In this document: positions 1-12,329 of the stretch, one piece after another
How positions within the stretch are numbered: position 1 is the stretch's first letter
How the letters are laid out: each line of letters opens with the position of its first letter
From: Octopus vulgaris
Taxonomy: Eukaryota
DNA length: 64,000 bases
NCBI GenBank assembly: GCA_951406725.2
Contig: OX597822.1
Span: 24,676,001 to 24,740,000 of the forward strand
Direction of reading: 5' to 3'
Made by a program: the position numbers and the translations under genes
Notes under the pieces: model-generated
What the model saw: the letters and a program-made list of their open reading frames with translations, nothing else
Told to the model about the DNA's origin: nothing
The model's database searches: none

Positions 1-368
1 CCATTCACCGGTACAGACCAGATCGGATGCCCAGGATCAATCAGACAGTTCTGTTTAATGTCAGTATTATCAATGAAATCTCTGCTGCATGACGCTACCA
101 TCATGACGAAATGCTCATCTGTAAGCACACACTCAACTTGTCCATATTTTGCAACATTATCTGGTTTGGTAAAATTATAATTCTGACAACAGTCGCCGTA
201 TATTTCACAAAGATCATCACAGTAACATCCTTTGGTATGATAAGAGGCCGAAGAAGGAAGTATGTCGTCCTTCGTACACATGGGATCACTGCAAACTGAG
301 GTAGAATTTATCGTGTAATGACCAGATGCAAAAGTGATGAATGCAATCATAAGTATGAGATTTTTCAT
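1..368 (-). CDS. 5' end of a secreted/membrane protein with signal peptide and somatomedin-B-like domain; probably an SMB-domain class-B/Methuselah-like GPCR ectodomain (runs off the window)
   Basis: Manual translation from ATG 368-366, open to position 1: MKNLILMIAFITFASG-HYTINSTSVCSDPMCTKDD...KGCYCDDLCEIYGDCCQNY...ECVLTDEHFVMMVASCSRDF...CLIDPGHPIWSVPVN. Hydrophobic N-terminus and the CxCDxxCxxxGDCC SMB motif are seen directly; the GPCR identity is inferred. Confidence 0.85.
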   Translation of the reverse strand, partial: MKNLILMIAFITFASGHYTINSTSVCSDPMCTKDDILPSSASYHTKGCYCDDLCEIYGDCCQNYNFTKPDNVAKYGQVECVLTDEHFVMMVASCSRDFIDNTDIKQNCLIDPGHPIWSVPVN

Positions 369-494
369 TTTCAGTGAGAAAGAAATTTTTCACAAGCAGA
401 AAAAAATTCTAAAACAAACTCAATTCCAAGCGACAACGATGCTTGAAGCTCTTATTTTGTATCTGTCAAATGGTTGGCTCGAAGATTTCAGCAA

Positions 495-530
495 AATGAC
501 AGTCCTAATTATAATGTTGCTGAATTTATA
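495..530 (-). promoter_or_regulatory. Candidate TATA box + Inr of the SMB-domain gene
   Basis: TATAAAT at 530-524 and TCATT at 499-495 on the minus strand, about 33 nt apart and about 130 nt upstream of the ATG. Confidence 0.45.
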
Positions 531-683
531 AAGCGAATAGGAACAATGGACAAAAGGAGAAGTCGGTCGTGTGTGTGCTAGAGTGTAAGTTTGTGAGTAT
601 AAGAGTTTGTATACTTATATGCCTGTGTATGTTAGTTGAGTGTATGGCTATGAACGTGTGCATGTGTTTGTATATGTGTGCGT

Positions 684-715
<32 letters not shown>

Positions 716-1040
716 AATGCGCGCGCGCGCTTGAAGCTGTGTTTGAAGCCGTTTCCTAAATATTGGATGATTACTTGAATAATACAAATCCTCAAGATCT
801 TCGATAGAGATATTAGCCATATCATAATAGGTCAACATTTAACACTCCTGTATTACGCCGCACGCACACACACACACACACACAAACACACATACAAACA
901 CACACAAACACACACATACAAAAACACACACACACACAAGTGTTTCCACTTCACTGTATTATCCTTTTCTCCTTAGTTTTCTTACTTCACAGTTAACATG
1001 AAATTAATAGATTTGTTTTCAAAGTAACATCATAAATACA

Positions 1041-1074
<34 letters not shown>

Positions 1075-1210
1075 CATACATACATACACACATACATACA
1101 TACATACATACATACATACATACATACATGTGTCTACATGTGCGTGCGTGAGTGTGTTTGTATTAATGTTTTTTTCTTCATGTGAAGTTATATATATATA
1201 TATATATATA

Positions 1211-1403
1211 TCAGTCGCCATGATAGATCGGTAGCCACTACACACATTTTTTTTCTCTCCTTGTTTCTTTCTGTGTTCCTTCTGTGGAAGAGCGTAGGCT
1301 CGAAACGTAAAAGACTTTTTCAATTCCCGAGCGTTATACTAATACATCTGTTTGTTTTCTACACCACCTGTGTTCGTCTTTTGTTTTATTCGTGAATTCT
1401 CCC
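1211..1403 (+). mobile_element. Penelope-type pseudo-LTR fragment in (TA)n with variant hammerhead motif
   Basis: CTGTGGA-A-GAGC-gtag-GCTC-GAAAC-GTA-aaagac at 1282-1315; (TA)n on both sides; core deviates from CUGANGA. Confidence 0.55.
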
Positions 1404-1414
1404 TATATATATAT

Positions 1415-1690
1415 GTAATAAAATACAAAATGGGACAAGAACGCAAAACATCCGGACAACTAGGTGATACAAAAGGGGACAACAAAACATCCAGATAGAC
1501 GATACAAAAAACACAAGCCTTCAGTCAAGAACCGGATCATCCTCGCAATTTCGGCTTATTAATCTTGAGATTGCTCCAATCTGGCCGGCCCCAGGGAAAA
1601 AAAATAAGCTAAGAGCATTAGATTCCTTGGAAAAAAGCAACAAATGTATGCGAAACAAGGACGGAAAAACAGACGATGTTACATGAATAT
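1415..1690. repeat. (TA)n-associated interspersed repeat, probably another PLE pLTR family
   Basis: 1420-1470 recurs as a reverse complement at about 17303-17353, again within (TA)n. Confidence 0.45.
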
Positions 1691-2132
1691 AAATACCGCT
1701 AAGTATTTCGCCCGATACCACTAAAGATTTTGTCCGACGTGCTAACGATTCGCAAGTTCGCTGCTTTAGTTTCGAATATAATAATTCTTTCTACTATTGG
1801 CACAGGGCCTGGAATTTTGGACGGAGAGGGCTAATCAATTACATCGACTCCAGTGGTCACCTAGTACTTATTTAATGGATGCCGAATGGATGAAAGGTAA
1901 AGTTGATTGCAGCGGTATTTAAAATCAGAACGTAAGAAGCCGAAAGAAATGCTTTTAAGCATTTTGTCCAACGTGCACGCGATTCCACCAGCTAGTCGCC
2001 TTAGTTTTATTACTACTGATAAATAATCCTTTCTACTATAGGCAGAAGGCCCGAAAATTTGGGGGAGGTGCCCCAGTCTTTCATTGGTACTTTATTTATC
2101 AATCCCGATTCTGCCAGTTCATCGCCTTAATT

Positions 2133-2191
<59 letters not shown>

Positions 2192-2192
<1 letters not shown>

Positions 2193-2923
2193 CACAAGAC
2201 CAAAGCCTCCCCACCAGAAATTACCAAAAACATGTAATGAAAAGAAATATAACAAGTAACTGCAGAATATGTGGAGATGGACAAAAAACAATAAATCATT
2301 ATCTCTTGCTGCCCAGTCCTGTCTAAGAAGGAATATATTCACAGACACGACAGAGTTGGGACCTACATACACTGGAAGCTATGCCAACATTATGGAATAA
2401 CAACAGAAAAAGATGGTATAGGCACACACCAGAAAAGGTCACAGAAAACGAGAAAGCAACCATACTCTGGGATATGCCGATACACACAGATAGAGAAATT
2501 AAGGCCAACAGACCAGATATAGTTGTCAGAGATCATGAAGAAAAAAATGCTTTCTAATTGACGTATCAATACCAGCAGATGACAACGTGTCTCTAAAAGA
2601 AATGGAGAAACTTTCAAAATACAAAGACCTGGAAATAGAGGTAACCAGAATGTGGAATCTAAAAACAGAAACAATTCCTATCATAGTAGGTGCATTAGGC
2701 ATGATAAAAAAATATTCAGACAAATACATAACAAAAACACCAGGACTTACAAACACATATAACATACAGAAAATTGCACTACTAGGCACTGCACACATCC
2801 TACGCAGAACACTTTCCATACAATAACCATCAGAGCATCACAACAAATCACAGCACATTCCCAAGGCACACAGAGCTGCGCTCGGTAGTGAAGTGAAAGC
2901 ACGCTATAAAAATAAAACTACCG
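2192..2923 (+). mobile_element. 5'-truncated R4/Dong-clade non-LTR retrotransposon, copy 1 (frameshifted)
   Basis: AQDQSLPTRNY, CCHC knuckle CRICGDG..TINH, RPDIV..DVSIP..KLSKYKDL restriction-like endonuclease; (AAT)n on both sides. Confidence 0.88.
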
Positions 2924-3024
2924 AATAATAATAATAATGATGATAATGATGATACTGATGATGATACTGATGATACTGATGATGATACTGATGATACTGA
3001 TGATACTGATGATGATGATGATAC

Positions 3025-3056
<32 letters not shown>

Positions 3057-3070
3057 TTGATGATGATACT
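2924..3070. repeat. Compound (AAT)/(GAT)/(GATACT) microsatellite
   Basis: Direct inspection. Confidence 0.9.
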
Positions 3071-3251
3071 TTCTACTAGAGGTACGAGACCTGAAGTTGA
3101 GGGAAAGGCAAAGTCGACCTCGGCGTAATTTGAACACAGAACGTAAAAACGGACGAAATGCCGCAAAGCATTTTGCCCGGCGTGCTAACGATTCTGCCAG
3201 CTCACTGCCTTTTTAACAACAACAATGATGATAATAATAACAATAATAATA

Positions 3252-3428
3252 ACCTTGATGAGCACAGCCCATATACTACAGAAAGCATTCTCCATCTAAA
3301 ATGGAATAAATGTGGTAATAATTTTAGCATGCATAGCAAAACAAGAGTGCCCTTACTACTCTTGGCCTCTGCAAGATGCCCGGTACTAAGGCAGCTGAAA
3401 TAAAGTTATAATGAAAGGGAACTATAAA
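3252..3428 (+). mobile_element. Extreme 3' end of a second, divergent R4/Dong-like family
   Basis: Translates TLMSTAHILQKAFSI* (cf. LLGTAHILRRTLSIQ* in the other copies); different 3' UTR; flanked by AAT repeats. Confidence 0.6.
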
Positions 3429-3589
3429 TGATAATAATGATAATAAAATTTTTAAAATCCGAAAATTAAAGTAAAAGTATAATACTTGGCATCGATGCCA
3501 CCACAGAAACTATCAATCAAAAGGTATGTGCTAAACTGCCCGCATAGCACGGTATGAAAAGTGCATTTGATTCTTCAAGGACAACATGT

Positions 3590-3790
3590 TACTCTTTTAC
3601 TCTTTTACTTGTTTCAGTCATTTGACTGCGGCCATGCTGGAGCACCGCCTTTGGTCGAGGAAATCGACCCCCAGGACTTATTCTTTGTAAGCCAAGTACT
3701 TATTCTATTGGTCTATTTTGCCGAACCGCTAGGTTACGGGGACGTAAACACACCCGCATCGGTTGTCAAGCGATGTTGGGGGGACAACAG

Positions 3791-3859
<69 letters not shown>

Positions 3860-4031
3860 CATATATACGACGGTCTTCTTTCAGTTTCCGTCTACCAAAT
3901 CCACTCACAAGGCTTTGGTTGGCCCGAGGCTATAGCAGAAGACACTTGCCGAAGGTGCCACGCAGTGGGACTGAACCCGGAACCATGTGGTTGGGAAGCA
4001 ATCTACTTACCACACAGCCACTCCTGCGCCT
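3590..4031 (-). mobile_element. tRNA-derived SINE family A (about 440 bp, internal TA/TG microsatellite), full length
   Basis: Head ggctgtgtggtaag...gggttcagtcccactgcgtggcacc (A/B boxes), tail (gagtaaaa)n; many homologous copies in the window. Confidence 0.88.
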
Positions 4032-4035
4032 ATGT

Positions 4036-4215
4036 TAAAAAAAAAATAACCAAACATTTTTACAGAAAGATAGGGAAGAAGATGCCAGTTACTTCAAAGT
4101 CTGTCCCATCAAAAGAAGAAGTGCAGGAATTTTGGAATAAAATTTGGGCAGAAGAAAAAAAACAACACAAAATAAAAAGGCCCCTTGGATTGATAAAATG
4201 CCTATTGACTTAGAC
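4036..4215 (+). mobile_element. Fragment of the pre-RT region of an R4/Dong-like ORF
   Basis: KHFYRKIG...PSKEEVQEFWNKIW..then (frameshift) NKKAPWI, resembling the segment N-terminal to the RT in R4-clade elements. Confidence 0.6.
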
Positions 4216-4577
4216 TCCTTAGAAGCAAGGGGAATTCATTTTCATACGTCATACGTGCGCTATTGTTGTTGTTGCCACAGCAGTTGCTGTCTTGTTCAGC
4301 TTAGCTGTTCTGTCTTGCGGATAACCCGCTGTTCATTTCAGCGGGTGGTTTTCGTCCGCCATCTTTGATTTTAGCGAAAAAAATTAGGGATGTTATAACT
4401 CAAACAAATCTCAAAATAGCCCCTAGAGGGTACAAATGGTAAAAAGTAACCAGTTCCCCAAGGTCCTGGTTTGTTTAAGTAAGTAACAATAACAAATGTA
4501 CATTGTAAAACAATGTATAACAATATGCATAATAGTAAAACTTACTCAGTGATGTGCGAACGTGTTGATAGACAAAC

Positions 4578-4631
<54 letters not shown>

Positions 4632-4632
<1 letters not shown>

Positions 4633-5371
4633 CAGCACAAGACCAAAGCCTCCCCACCAGAGGCTTACCAAAAACATGTAATGAAAAGAAATATTACAAG
4701 TAACTGCAGAATATGTGGAGATGGACAAGAAACAATAAATCATATTATCTCTAGCTGCCCAGTCCTGGCTAAGAAGGAATACATTCACAGACACGACGGA
4801 ATTGGAACCTACATACACTGGAAGCTATGCCAACATTATGGAATAACAACAGAAAAAAGATGGTATAGGCACACACCAGAAAAGGTCACAGAAAACGAGA
4901 AAGCAACCATACTCTGGGATATGCCGATACACACAGATAGAGAAATTAAGGCCAACAGACCAGATATAGTTGTCAGAGATCATGAAGAAAAAAAATGCTT
5001 TCTAATTGACGTATCAATACCGGCAGATGGCAACGTGTCTCTAAAAGAAATGGAGAAACTCTCAAAATACAAAGACCTGGAAATAGAGGTAACCAGAATG
5101 TGGAATCTAAAAACAGAAACAATTCCTACCATAGTAGGTGCATTAGGCATGATAAAAAAATATTCAGACAAATACATAACAAAAACACCAGGACTTACAA
5201 ACACATATAACATACAGAAAATTGCACTACTAGGCACTGCACACATCCTACGCAGAACACTTTCCATACAATAACCACCAGAGCATCACAACAAATCACA
5301 GCACATACCCAAGGCACACAGAGCTGCGCTCGGTAGTGAAGTGAAAGCACGCTATAAAAATAAAACTACTG
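4632..5371 (+). mobile_element. 5'-truncated R4/Dong-clade non-LTR retrotransposon, copy 2 (zinc knuckle + REL endonuclease nearly intact)
   Basis: ORF 4513-5274 contains CRICGDGQETINHIISSC, HRHD, ILWD, RPDIV, LIDVSIP, KLSKYKDL; near-identical to copy 1; (AAT)n flanks. Confidence 0.9.
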
Positions 5372-6996
5372 AATAATAATAATGGTCACTCTCGTCGATT
5401 TCGACGTATGAGTGTTTGAAGAAAAAAAACAAAAAAAAGGAAGATTGAACATAAAAGAAGCTGCATCGATTTACGACGAATGCGTGAATGTTATTTGAGT
5501 CCAGGTATGGATTTTGCTATGAAGTCACAACGGGAGCGCTGGTGATTTGGATTTTGCCTGGGATTGGACAAATGTGTCTGTTGATTGCAAGATATAATTC
5601 TATTATGGATCTGTCTCTTCAACTCAAATTGTTTTGATGCATCCTGGCACATTTTACGTCACACACATTAATCTAGGCAATAACTAAGCAGCAGAGATTT
5701 CAGTGATTGCTTCAATTTTTCCTTATACCTAAACATGGGTCTTCCTTAACTTCGGTGTCTCTCTGCTTGTTGGTCAAACAAAAGAATTTTCGGAATGTGA
5801 TCATCTTTCATTCGAACAATGTGCCCTACCATCGGCAGTGACTTCTCAACAGTATGTTTTTGATACTGGAGATATCACATTTTTAAATAAAATTTTGACA
5901 TTTGATATCTTGCTATTTTATATTGCAGATATTGCGCAGGCAGCATATGTGAAACGTTTCAATTTTCTCTATGTCTGTTGTAGGGAGTCCATATTTCTGC
6001 CCCGTACAAAAGTGTGCTCAAAAGACAAGATTTGTATGCACTTATTTTAGTTTTTAAACTGATATCGTGTTCATCCCACAAACGAAGAGAAAGTTTTCCA
6101 AAAACACTTGTAGCTTTAGATAGCCTGACGCTGATTTCATCATCAAGAGTACTCTTAAAGTTTATTGTACTTCCAAGATATTTAAGTGACCTGACCCATT
6201 TGAGTGGCTTGTTGTCAATCGCACATATGAATGTTGAGTATGCTCTGTCCTACGCTTTGGCTGGAATAAAACTTCAGTCTTGATGCTGATAGCCAGCCTT
6301 AATGCACGAGCTGCAAACATGTTAACTATGTCCTGTATTCCCAAAAATGTATGAGAAATCAAAGAGCAATCAGTAAACAGAAAATCGCGTAAAATCTCTT
6401 TCTTTGTCATTTTCCTTTATCTGAAACTTTGCCCACTTAAGTTTAGTAGACCTTCTTCTGTGCAAAACTGAAATTTTATATCATCATGGCAATCCCTAAA
6501 AGCCTGTTGGAGCATCATCGAAAAATACACATCCTTGTTTATTTCCAACGGCAACAGAAAATGCTTTGAACATTGACTGCTAGATATCACTGTTGCCATT
6601 ATAATAATAGGATCACATACAGTCGTATCGTATAAGAGACACAGTCGTTCGCGATCCCATTCTTAATGAGTCTTTACTGACCATATAATACATGCAGCGG
6701 CAAAACACATAAGTGGAATGACAACAAGATTTCTTTTTGTGATATATACATTATTTATTTTACATATTTTACAATCATGCTTGATGTTGGAAGTTTGTAA
6801 GTGTTAGCATGTTTTCGTGTCTGTGTGTTCGTGAGGCGTAAAAGGTACTGACCAGTGAAATGACGATGGAATTTGGTTCACAGTTCATGTTGTTGGTATC
6901 AGCCTGGCAACAGGTAGTAACAGATGGCTTAAGGTAGTTCTTAGAAGAAACTAGAACCCAAGAACAGATAATTGATTTACCGTTTATGAGGTACAG

Positions 6997-7622
6997 TGTA
7001 AGAGTTCCATATCAAGATGTTGCGTCTCGTAGTTGAGATTAATTGAATCACTCGTTGTGTTTATCTTTCTCTTGATATGAATATACTTCCAGAGGTGTTA
7101 ACTGTAGCCGTTTTTTCCGTGGTGAGATTTTCACCTAACCGCTATAGTTGAATCTGTGGTTGTCTTGTGTACAAATTAAATCTTCGATGTTTGTCGATGT
7201 CTGTCGCTTGGTTTTTGCTGCGTCTTCATTATATATTCTGCTTGGTTATTTTTCTCTAGTTATAGATATCCTGTAACCGTTTTTTTCATGGTGATATTTT
7301 CACACTAACAGTATGAGAGGTATCTGTAACATCTTGTATTAATGGTGGTCGCCTGCCTTTCGAAACTGGAACATGGTCGAGTATGCTCTGTGTGGTCAGA
7401 GGTTAGCCCTGAGAAGGACTTGAAACCTAAGACGAATACTTGTCTGAGAACCCTTGTTTTATAAGCTTTATGTGGCTCCCAATGAACTTCAGAAATGGAA
7501 AGCTGTGATTGGCTGCTTGGAACTATGGCGCGAAAATAAGCGGAGGCAAATCGCGTCACGTGATAACCAGCGGTGCGAACGTAGTAGAGACCACGTGTCA
7601 GCCAATCGAATTAGTGTTTACA
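6997..7622 (-). mobile_element. Probable solo LTR (626 bp)
   Basis: TGTAA...TTACA termini; imperfect 4-bp TSD acag/acaa; CCAAT boxes and TATAAAA oriented on the minus strand; internal direct repeat 7102-7139 / 7272-7309; lies within the RTE remnant. Confidence 0.5.
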
Positions 7623-8860
7623 ACAATGTTGAACTAGCTGAAGATGTTTGTAATCTCGAACGAGAGTATTCTTAATACTCTTCTCAAACCGTGAAGATAG
7701 CAATGAGAGAACGATATTGCTACACCATCATTCCTGCGTTCAAGGATACTATTACCCTTATCATATTATCAGGAAAACGAACTTTTGACAAAATTTTCCA
7801 GAGCACCTTACGATTAACTGTATCAAAAGACTTGATCAAGTCGATAAAGACCATGTACAAGTCAGTATTTTACACACGTGCTTTTTCTTGAATTTGCCGA
7901 AGAGCAAAAATCATGTCAACTGTGTCTTTCCCAGCCCGAAATGTACATTGGAATTCAGAATATATGCTGTTTGATACATACTCACTGATGCGGTTAAGAA
8001 TCACCCTCGCAAAATTTTTTCCAGCTATTCGCTACAAGCATTTCCCTGTAACTATCATATACACTCTTCTTCCCTTTGTTCTTGTACGTGTACGTTATAG
8101 ATGCATCTTTGAACTATTGGGGAACAGATCCAGTTCCCCCAGATCAATTTGCGCGGCTTTCTTACAAGTTGTCTATCACCATGCTTGTACATTTTTATGG
8201 GAATACTGTCTTGTCCAGGAGCCTTACTATTGGAAAGTTTCTTAATAGCAGTACTTATTTCTTCCAAGGAAGGATCTGCAAGTTCCTCAATTATAAGCCT
8301 TCGAAGGATTTCATTGAATGCATCCAGGATCGGTAGTGGAGTCTTGATTTAATACGGATTTAAAGTGTTCAGGCCATCTTTTCAGAATTTTATTTTTGCT
8401 ACTTAAGAGTTTTGGCCCGTCATTAGAAACAATCGGTTCCGTACCGCCCTTTTTTGGACTTAATACACCTTACAGATTATCAAGTTGTGAGAGTTAGCTG
8501 GCTGTTCCAATTCTTGGGCTTTTCGTCCACCAAGAGATAACCAAGCAGAATATATAATGAAGACGCTGCAAAGATCGAACCGATCTTGACGAATCCTAGA
8601 ACTGCTTCAGCTGATGATTTTATGCCGTCACGAATATTATGCCGCAAAACTTCGGGATCATTGCTTTCCTCTATATTCTCAGGCTTTGAATTTAAATACA
8701 AATTCACATTTTTTGTCATTTCTGGAATTTTTAAAGAAGACAGATTTATTCTCGGAGGCATATTGGATCTCAATGGCCTCTTTGTATATGGATCAACAAA
8801 TACCTTATTGCGAGCAATTCTGTGATCCGAACAACATTTGTGAGTTTTGTGAGTTCTGGT

Positions 8861-8936
<76 letters not shown>

Positions 8937-8937
<1 letters not shown>

Positions 8938-9288
8938 GGGTAAAGGGTAAAGACCCCCTTCGGTCTAGGCACTGACCATGGGTTTGCACCTAGAGAGATA
9001 CCCTCTGAGGCACAAGTCTGGGCAAGGTTGTTTTATGGAAGACCAGCAGTCGCCCATGCATACCGGCCTCCCCTCTCCACGTCACCGATGTTGTCCAAGG
9101 GAAAGGCAAGGGCCGATACAGCTTGGCACCTGTGACGTCGCAACTCATTTCTACAGCTGAGTGAACTGGAGCAACGTGAAATAAAGTGCCTTGCTCAAGA
9201 ACACAACACGCAGCCCCGTCCGGGATTCGAGCCCACAACCTCACGATCGTAAGCTCGACGCTCTAACCACTGAGCCATGCGCCTTCAC

Positions 9289-9289
<1 letters not shown>
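8937..9289 (-). mobile_element. tRNA-derived SINE family C inserted in (AAT)n
   Basis: Head tggctcagtggttagagc...ggctcgaatccc, body cttgagcaaggcacttta...cactcagctgt, tail (taccctt)n; degraded relatives at about 9950-10150, 26270-26490 and 55895-56240. Confidence 0.82.
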
Positions 9290-9322
<33 letters not shown>

Positions 9323-10151
9323 TTGACATCACTGCAATCTTTACTCTTAGTGATGACATAGTCAAGCATTTGTTAGGTACCAGATTGGAGATGCTTCACG
9401 GGTGTTTTTATACCTGTCTGCTGAGACACCACGTCCGTAACTGTTAAATTGTTGACAAAATCGTAAATCACTCGCATTCATCTTTCTTATTCCATGTCTT
9501 CCTATTACTTCTGACTACATCGTGTTTTTGTTTTTTTTTTACCTATTCTGGCATTAAGATCACCCATCAATATGACTTTGACATGTTATGGAATTTTACT
9601 GGCAACTGTCAGCAATTTAGAGAAGAAAATGTTATGTTTTTGTAAAGTGGGGGCATATGCACTGATAATGTGCGTAAATGAGGAATTATCTATGGGTATA
9701 CGAAAGGTCATGAGACACTCCTCAACAGCTCGAGGAATGGCGATAGTTTTTGCGACTTTTGAATTTCCAAACTGATTTAAATCAGTTCTTCTTAGAAGCC
9801 GATAACAACAGCATTGCCTCCTCCGTGCAAAGTAACAAATATTTACTTCATAAGAACAGCACAGTTTTTCGAAAAAAATGATATACTCTCCAGTTGAAGA
9901 CAACGTATGAGCAATCAAGCTATTGCCGAACGACCTGCACAAGTGATTTGTTTATAGTGAACAAATGTTCATGCGGCACATAAGCCATCTCGCTCCATCA
10001 AACCGGTGTTGCCTGAACTGGTGCACGGTGTACTACGCGTCAGATGTCGAAGTGATCGCAAAGCAACGTGAGGATTAAGAATTTTGCTCAAGAACATGAC
10101 GCACCATCCAGTCTGGGAATTGAAATCTGCATCGGCGGGCTTTTCCATTCG

Positions 10152-10340
10152 TGATCATCATCATCACCATCACCATCACCACCATCATCACCATCACCAT
10201 CACCATCACCACCATCACCACCATCACCATCATCACCATCACCATCTTCTTCTTCTTCCTCTCCTCCTCCTCCTCCTCCTCCTCCACCCTTCGTTCCTTC
10301 TTTCCTTCCTTCCTCCCTTCCCCTCTTCTTTCCTTTTCTT
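10152..10340. repeat. (CAT/CAC)n followed by (CTT)/(CCT)n low-complexity tract
   Basis: Direct inspection; source of spurious poly-His ORFs. Confidence 0.9.
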
Positions 10341-10369
10341 TCATTCCTCTTCTACCCACCCATTTATCT

Positions 10370-10735
10370 TTTTATCTTTTACTTGTGTCAGTCAGTGACT
10401 GCGGCCATGCTGGGGCACTGCCTTGAAGGGTTTTAGCCGAACACTTTGACTCCATGACTTATCTTTTAAACCCAGTACTTATTCTATCGGTCTCTTTTGC
10501 CGAACCGCGAGTTAAGGGGGCGCAAACACACCTACACCAGTTGTCAAACGGTGGTGGGGGACTAACACACACACATACGACGAGCTTCTTTTAGTCTCCG
10601 TCTACCAAATTCACTGACAATGCTTTGGTCGACTCGGTGCTATAATAAAAGTTGCCCAAGGTGCCACGCAGTGGGACTGAACCCGGAACCATGTGGTTGG
10701 GAAGCAAGCTTCTTACCACACAGCTGTGCCTTCCC
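10370..10735 (-). mobile_element. SINE family A
   Basis: Homologous to 3590-4031. Confidence 0.85.
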
Positions 10736-12329
10736 CTATCTATTTAAATATCTTCTTTTTTGTCGAATAATTTTGAAGAAACTTTCTAAAGTGACTCATT
10801 ATTTTTAAGGTGATTCCTCGTGATCGGTTTACGTAAGTATGACTGCGAAAATATTTTCCTAATCTGACGATTCTTTTTTCAGGTCTCTATAATCCTCAAT
10901 CAATGAGTTATTTGTGTGGATGAGTAAGTGCGGGTGTGTTTCTGCTTATTTGTATAGACATAAGTGCGTATATACGAATGTATGTATGTATTTGCGTATT
11001 TGTGTGTGTGTGTGTGTGCAAGTGTGGGGGTATGTTGTTTGCAATGTTGGACGGAAATCGTCCATTTGAAGATGACATTGCGAACTAGTACTACTCTTCA
11101 CTTCTGTAGCTTTTCCCATCACACCAATAAGAAGTTGTTGCCTTTAATAATAACCACATATGACGTATGTATATGTGTACATATATGTATATATACACAC
11201 CTATGTATGTATGAATGTGTCTGTATATATATATATATGTGTGTGTGTGAGAGAGAGGGAGAGATGTCCTTCCGATATCATGTGACTTAGCAAAAAATAA
11301 TACAAACAAACCACTTGACTATTTCATTACATTTAACTCATACTTGAACTTTTATCAGATCAAAACGGCATTTAATTCAGTCACTCTGGAGTTAAAAGAT
11401 TATAAAAATTTCTGGGACATTTGAAGGCAAAAATTGAGGCTGTTATTTACACCAAGATTTGAGGAGTTATTTACAAGAATTGAGAAGTTATTTAAAAAGA
11501 ATGGAAGCCAAAAACCAGACCAGCACGTATTCTCTCAAAGGGCTAACACCACAAATAAGTTAGAACTGTGATTGTTAACCTGTGTAGTAGCGCCTCCTTG
11601 TGGGTGTTGTGAGTCCACACGGAGTCGATCGACAAATATGAAGTGGGTACTGTATGTTTCGAAGGGTAGGGTTTTTACTTAGAAAAAAAAAATTAAACTA
11701 GGTATAATACACATTAAAGACAATTTTTGTATTAGAATGTGTGGAGGACATTGTGTTATCAGTGAGCTGGAAACAAGGCTGATGATACGACACGGTCCAA
11801 TATTTCGTTATATAAGTCCCCGCTCTCTTTAGTAATTTCCCCCAAAAATTGAACATAGGGTTCACTAGTTTCCATACAAACAAAAAGATGTATATGCTTG
11901 AGAGAAACCACTGCGTAACATTAGCTTCTGCAAGATCAAAATATCGAGGTGTTTTATTTTATCTTATTTTTGTTAGGGGTGTAGAAACATGAGAAGCGGA
12001 AATTGTTCGGTGAGAAGGGGTTCTAAGCGACAAAAGACTGAGAATCATTGTGTTAGAGCCGAACTAGAAATATATTCTATGGAATTTCAGCAGAAGACCT
12101 AGGGGTAGACCAAGAACGAGATAGCTGATTAATCTCCATCGACTCAATTTATCACACCTGGGAATCCAGCCGGAAAATATCATGGAGGATGTGTTTGAAG
12201 ACTCTACCCTCATGACCTTCCCAGGAAAAGTGGACCGAAGGGATGGATGGATGGATATGTCTCTTATTATTTCCCGTAGTTTTCATTGAACATCAAAGAT
12301 TTTAATGATTAAGACAGCATTGGATAAAT

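Larger units (their letters stand above)
5500..9900 (-). mobile_element. Old, fragmented RTE-clade LINE (APE endonuclease + RT) interrupted by later insertions
   Basis: Fragments: LMTFRIP..THIISAYAPTL (9586-9942), CSDH (8480-8989), EEISTAIKKLSNSKAPGQDSIP (8055-8267), EGLLNL (6417-6599), LRDFLFTDCSL..LAISIKTEVLFQP (6162-6410); boundaries approximate. Confidence 0.75.

Noticed and set aside
4513-5274. 253-aa ORF as a host gene with a hydrophobic poly-Ile leader
   Set aside because: The leader is translated (ATA)n microsatellite fused to a truncated retrotransposon ORF
6894-6905. TGGTATCAG primer-binding-site-like motif
   Set aside because: Not positioned directly 3' of the putative LTR in either orientation
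9215-9289. tRNA gene
   Set aside because: tRNA-like head continues into a SINE body without an oligo-T terminator; the same applies at 13893, 21973 and 38930
10075-10426. Poly-His / Glu-Lys-rich ORFs
   Set aside because: Translations of trinucleotide microsatellites with no splice or domain support
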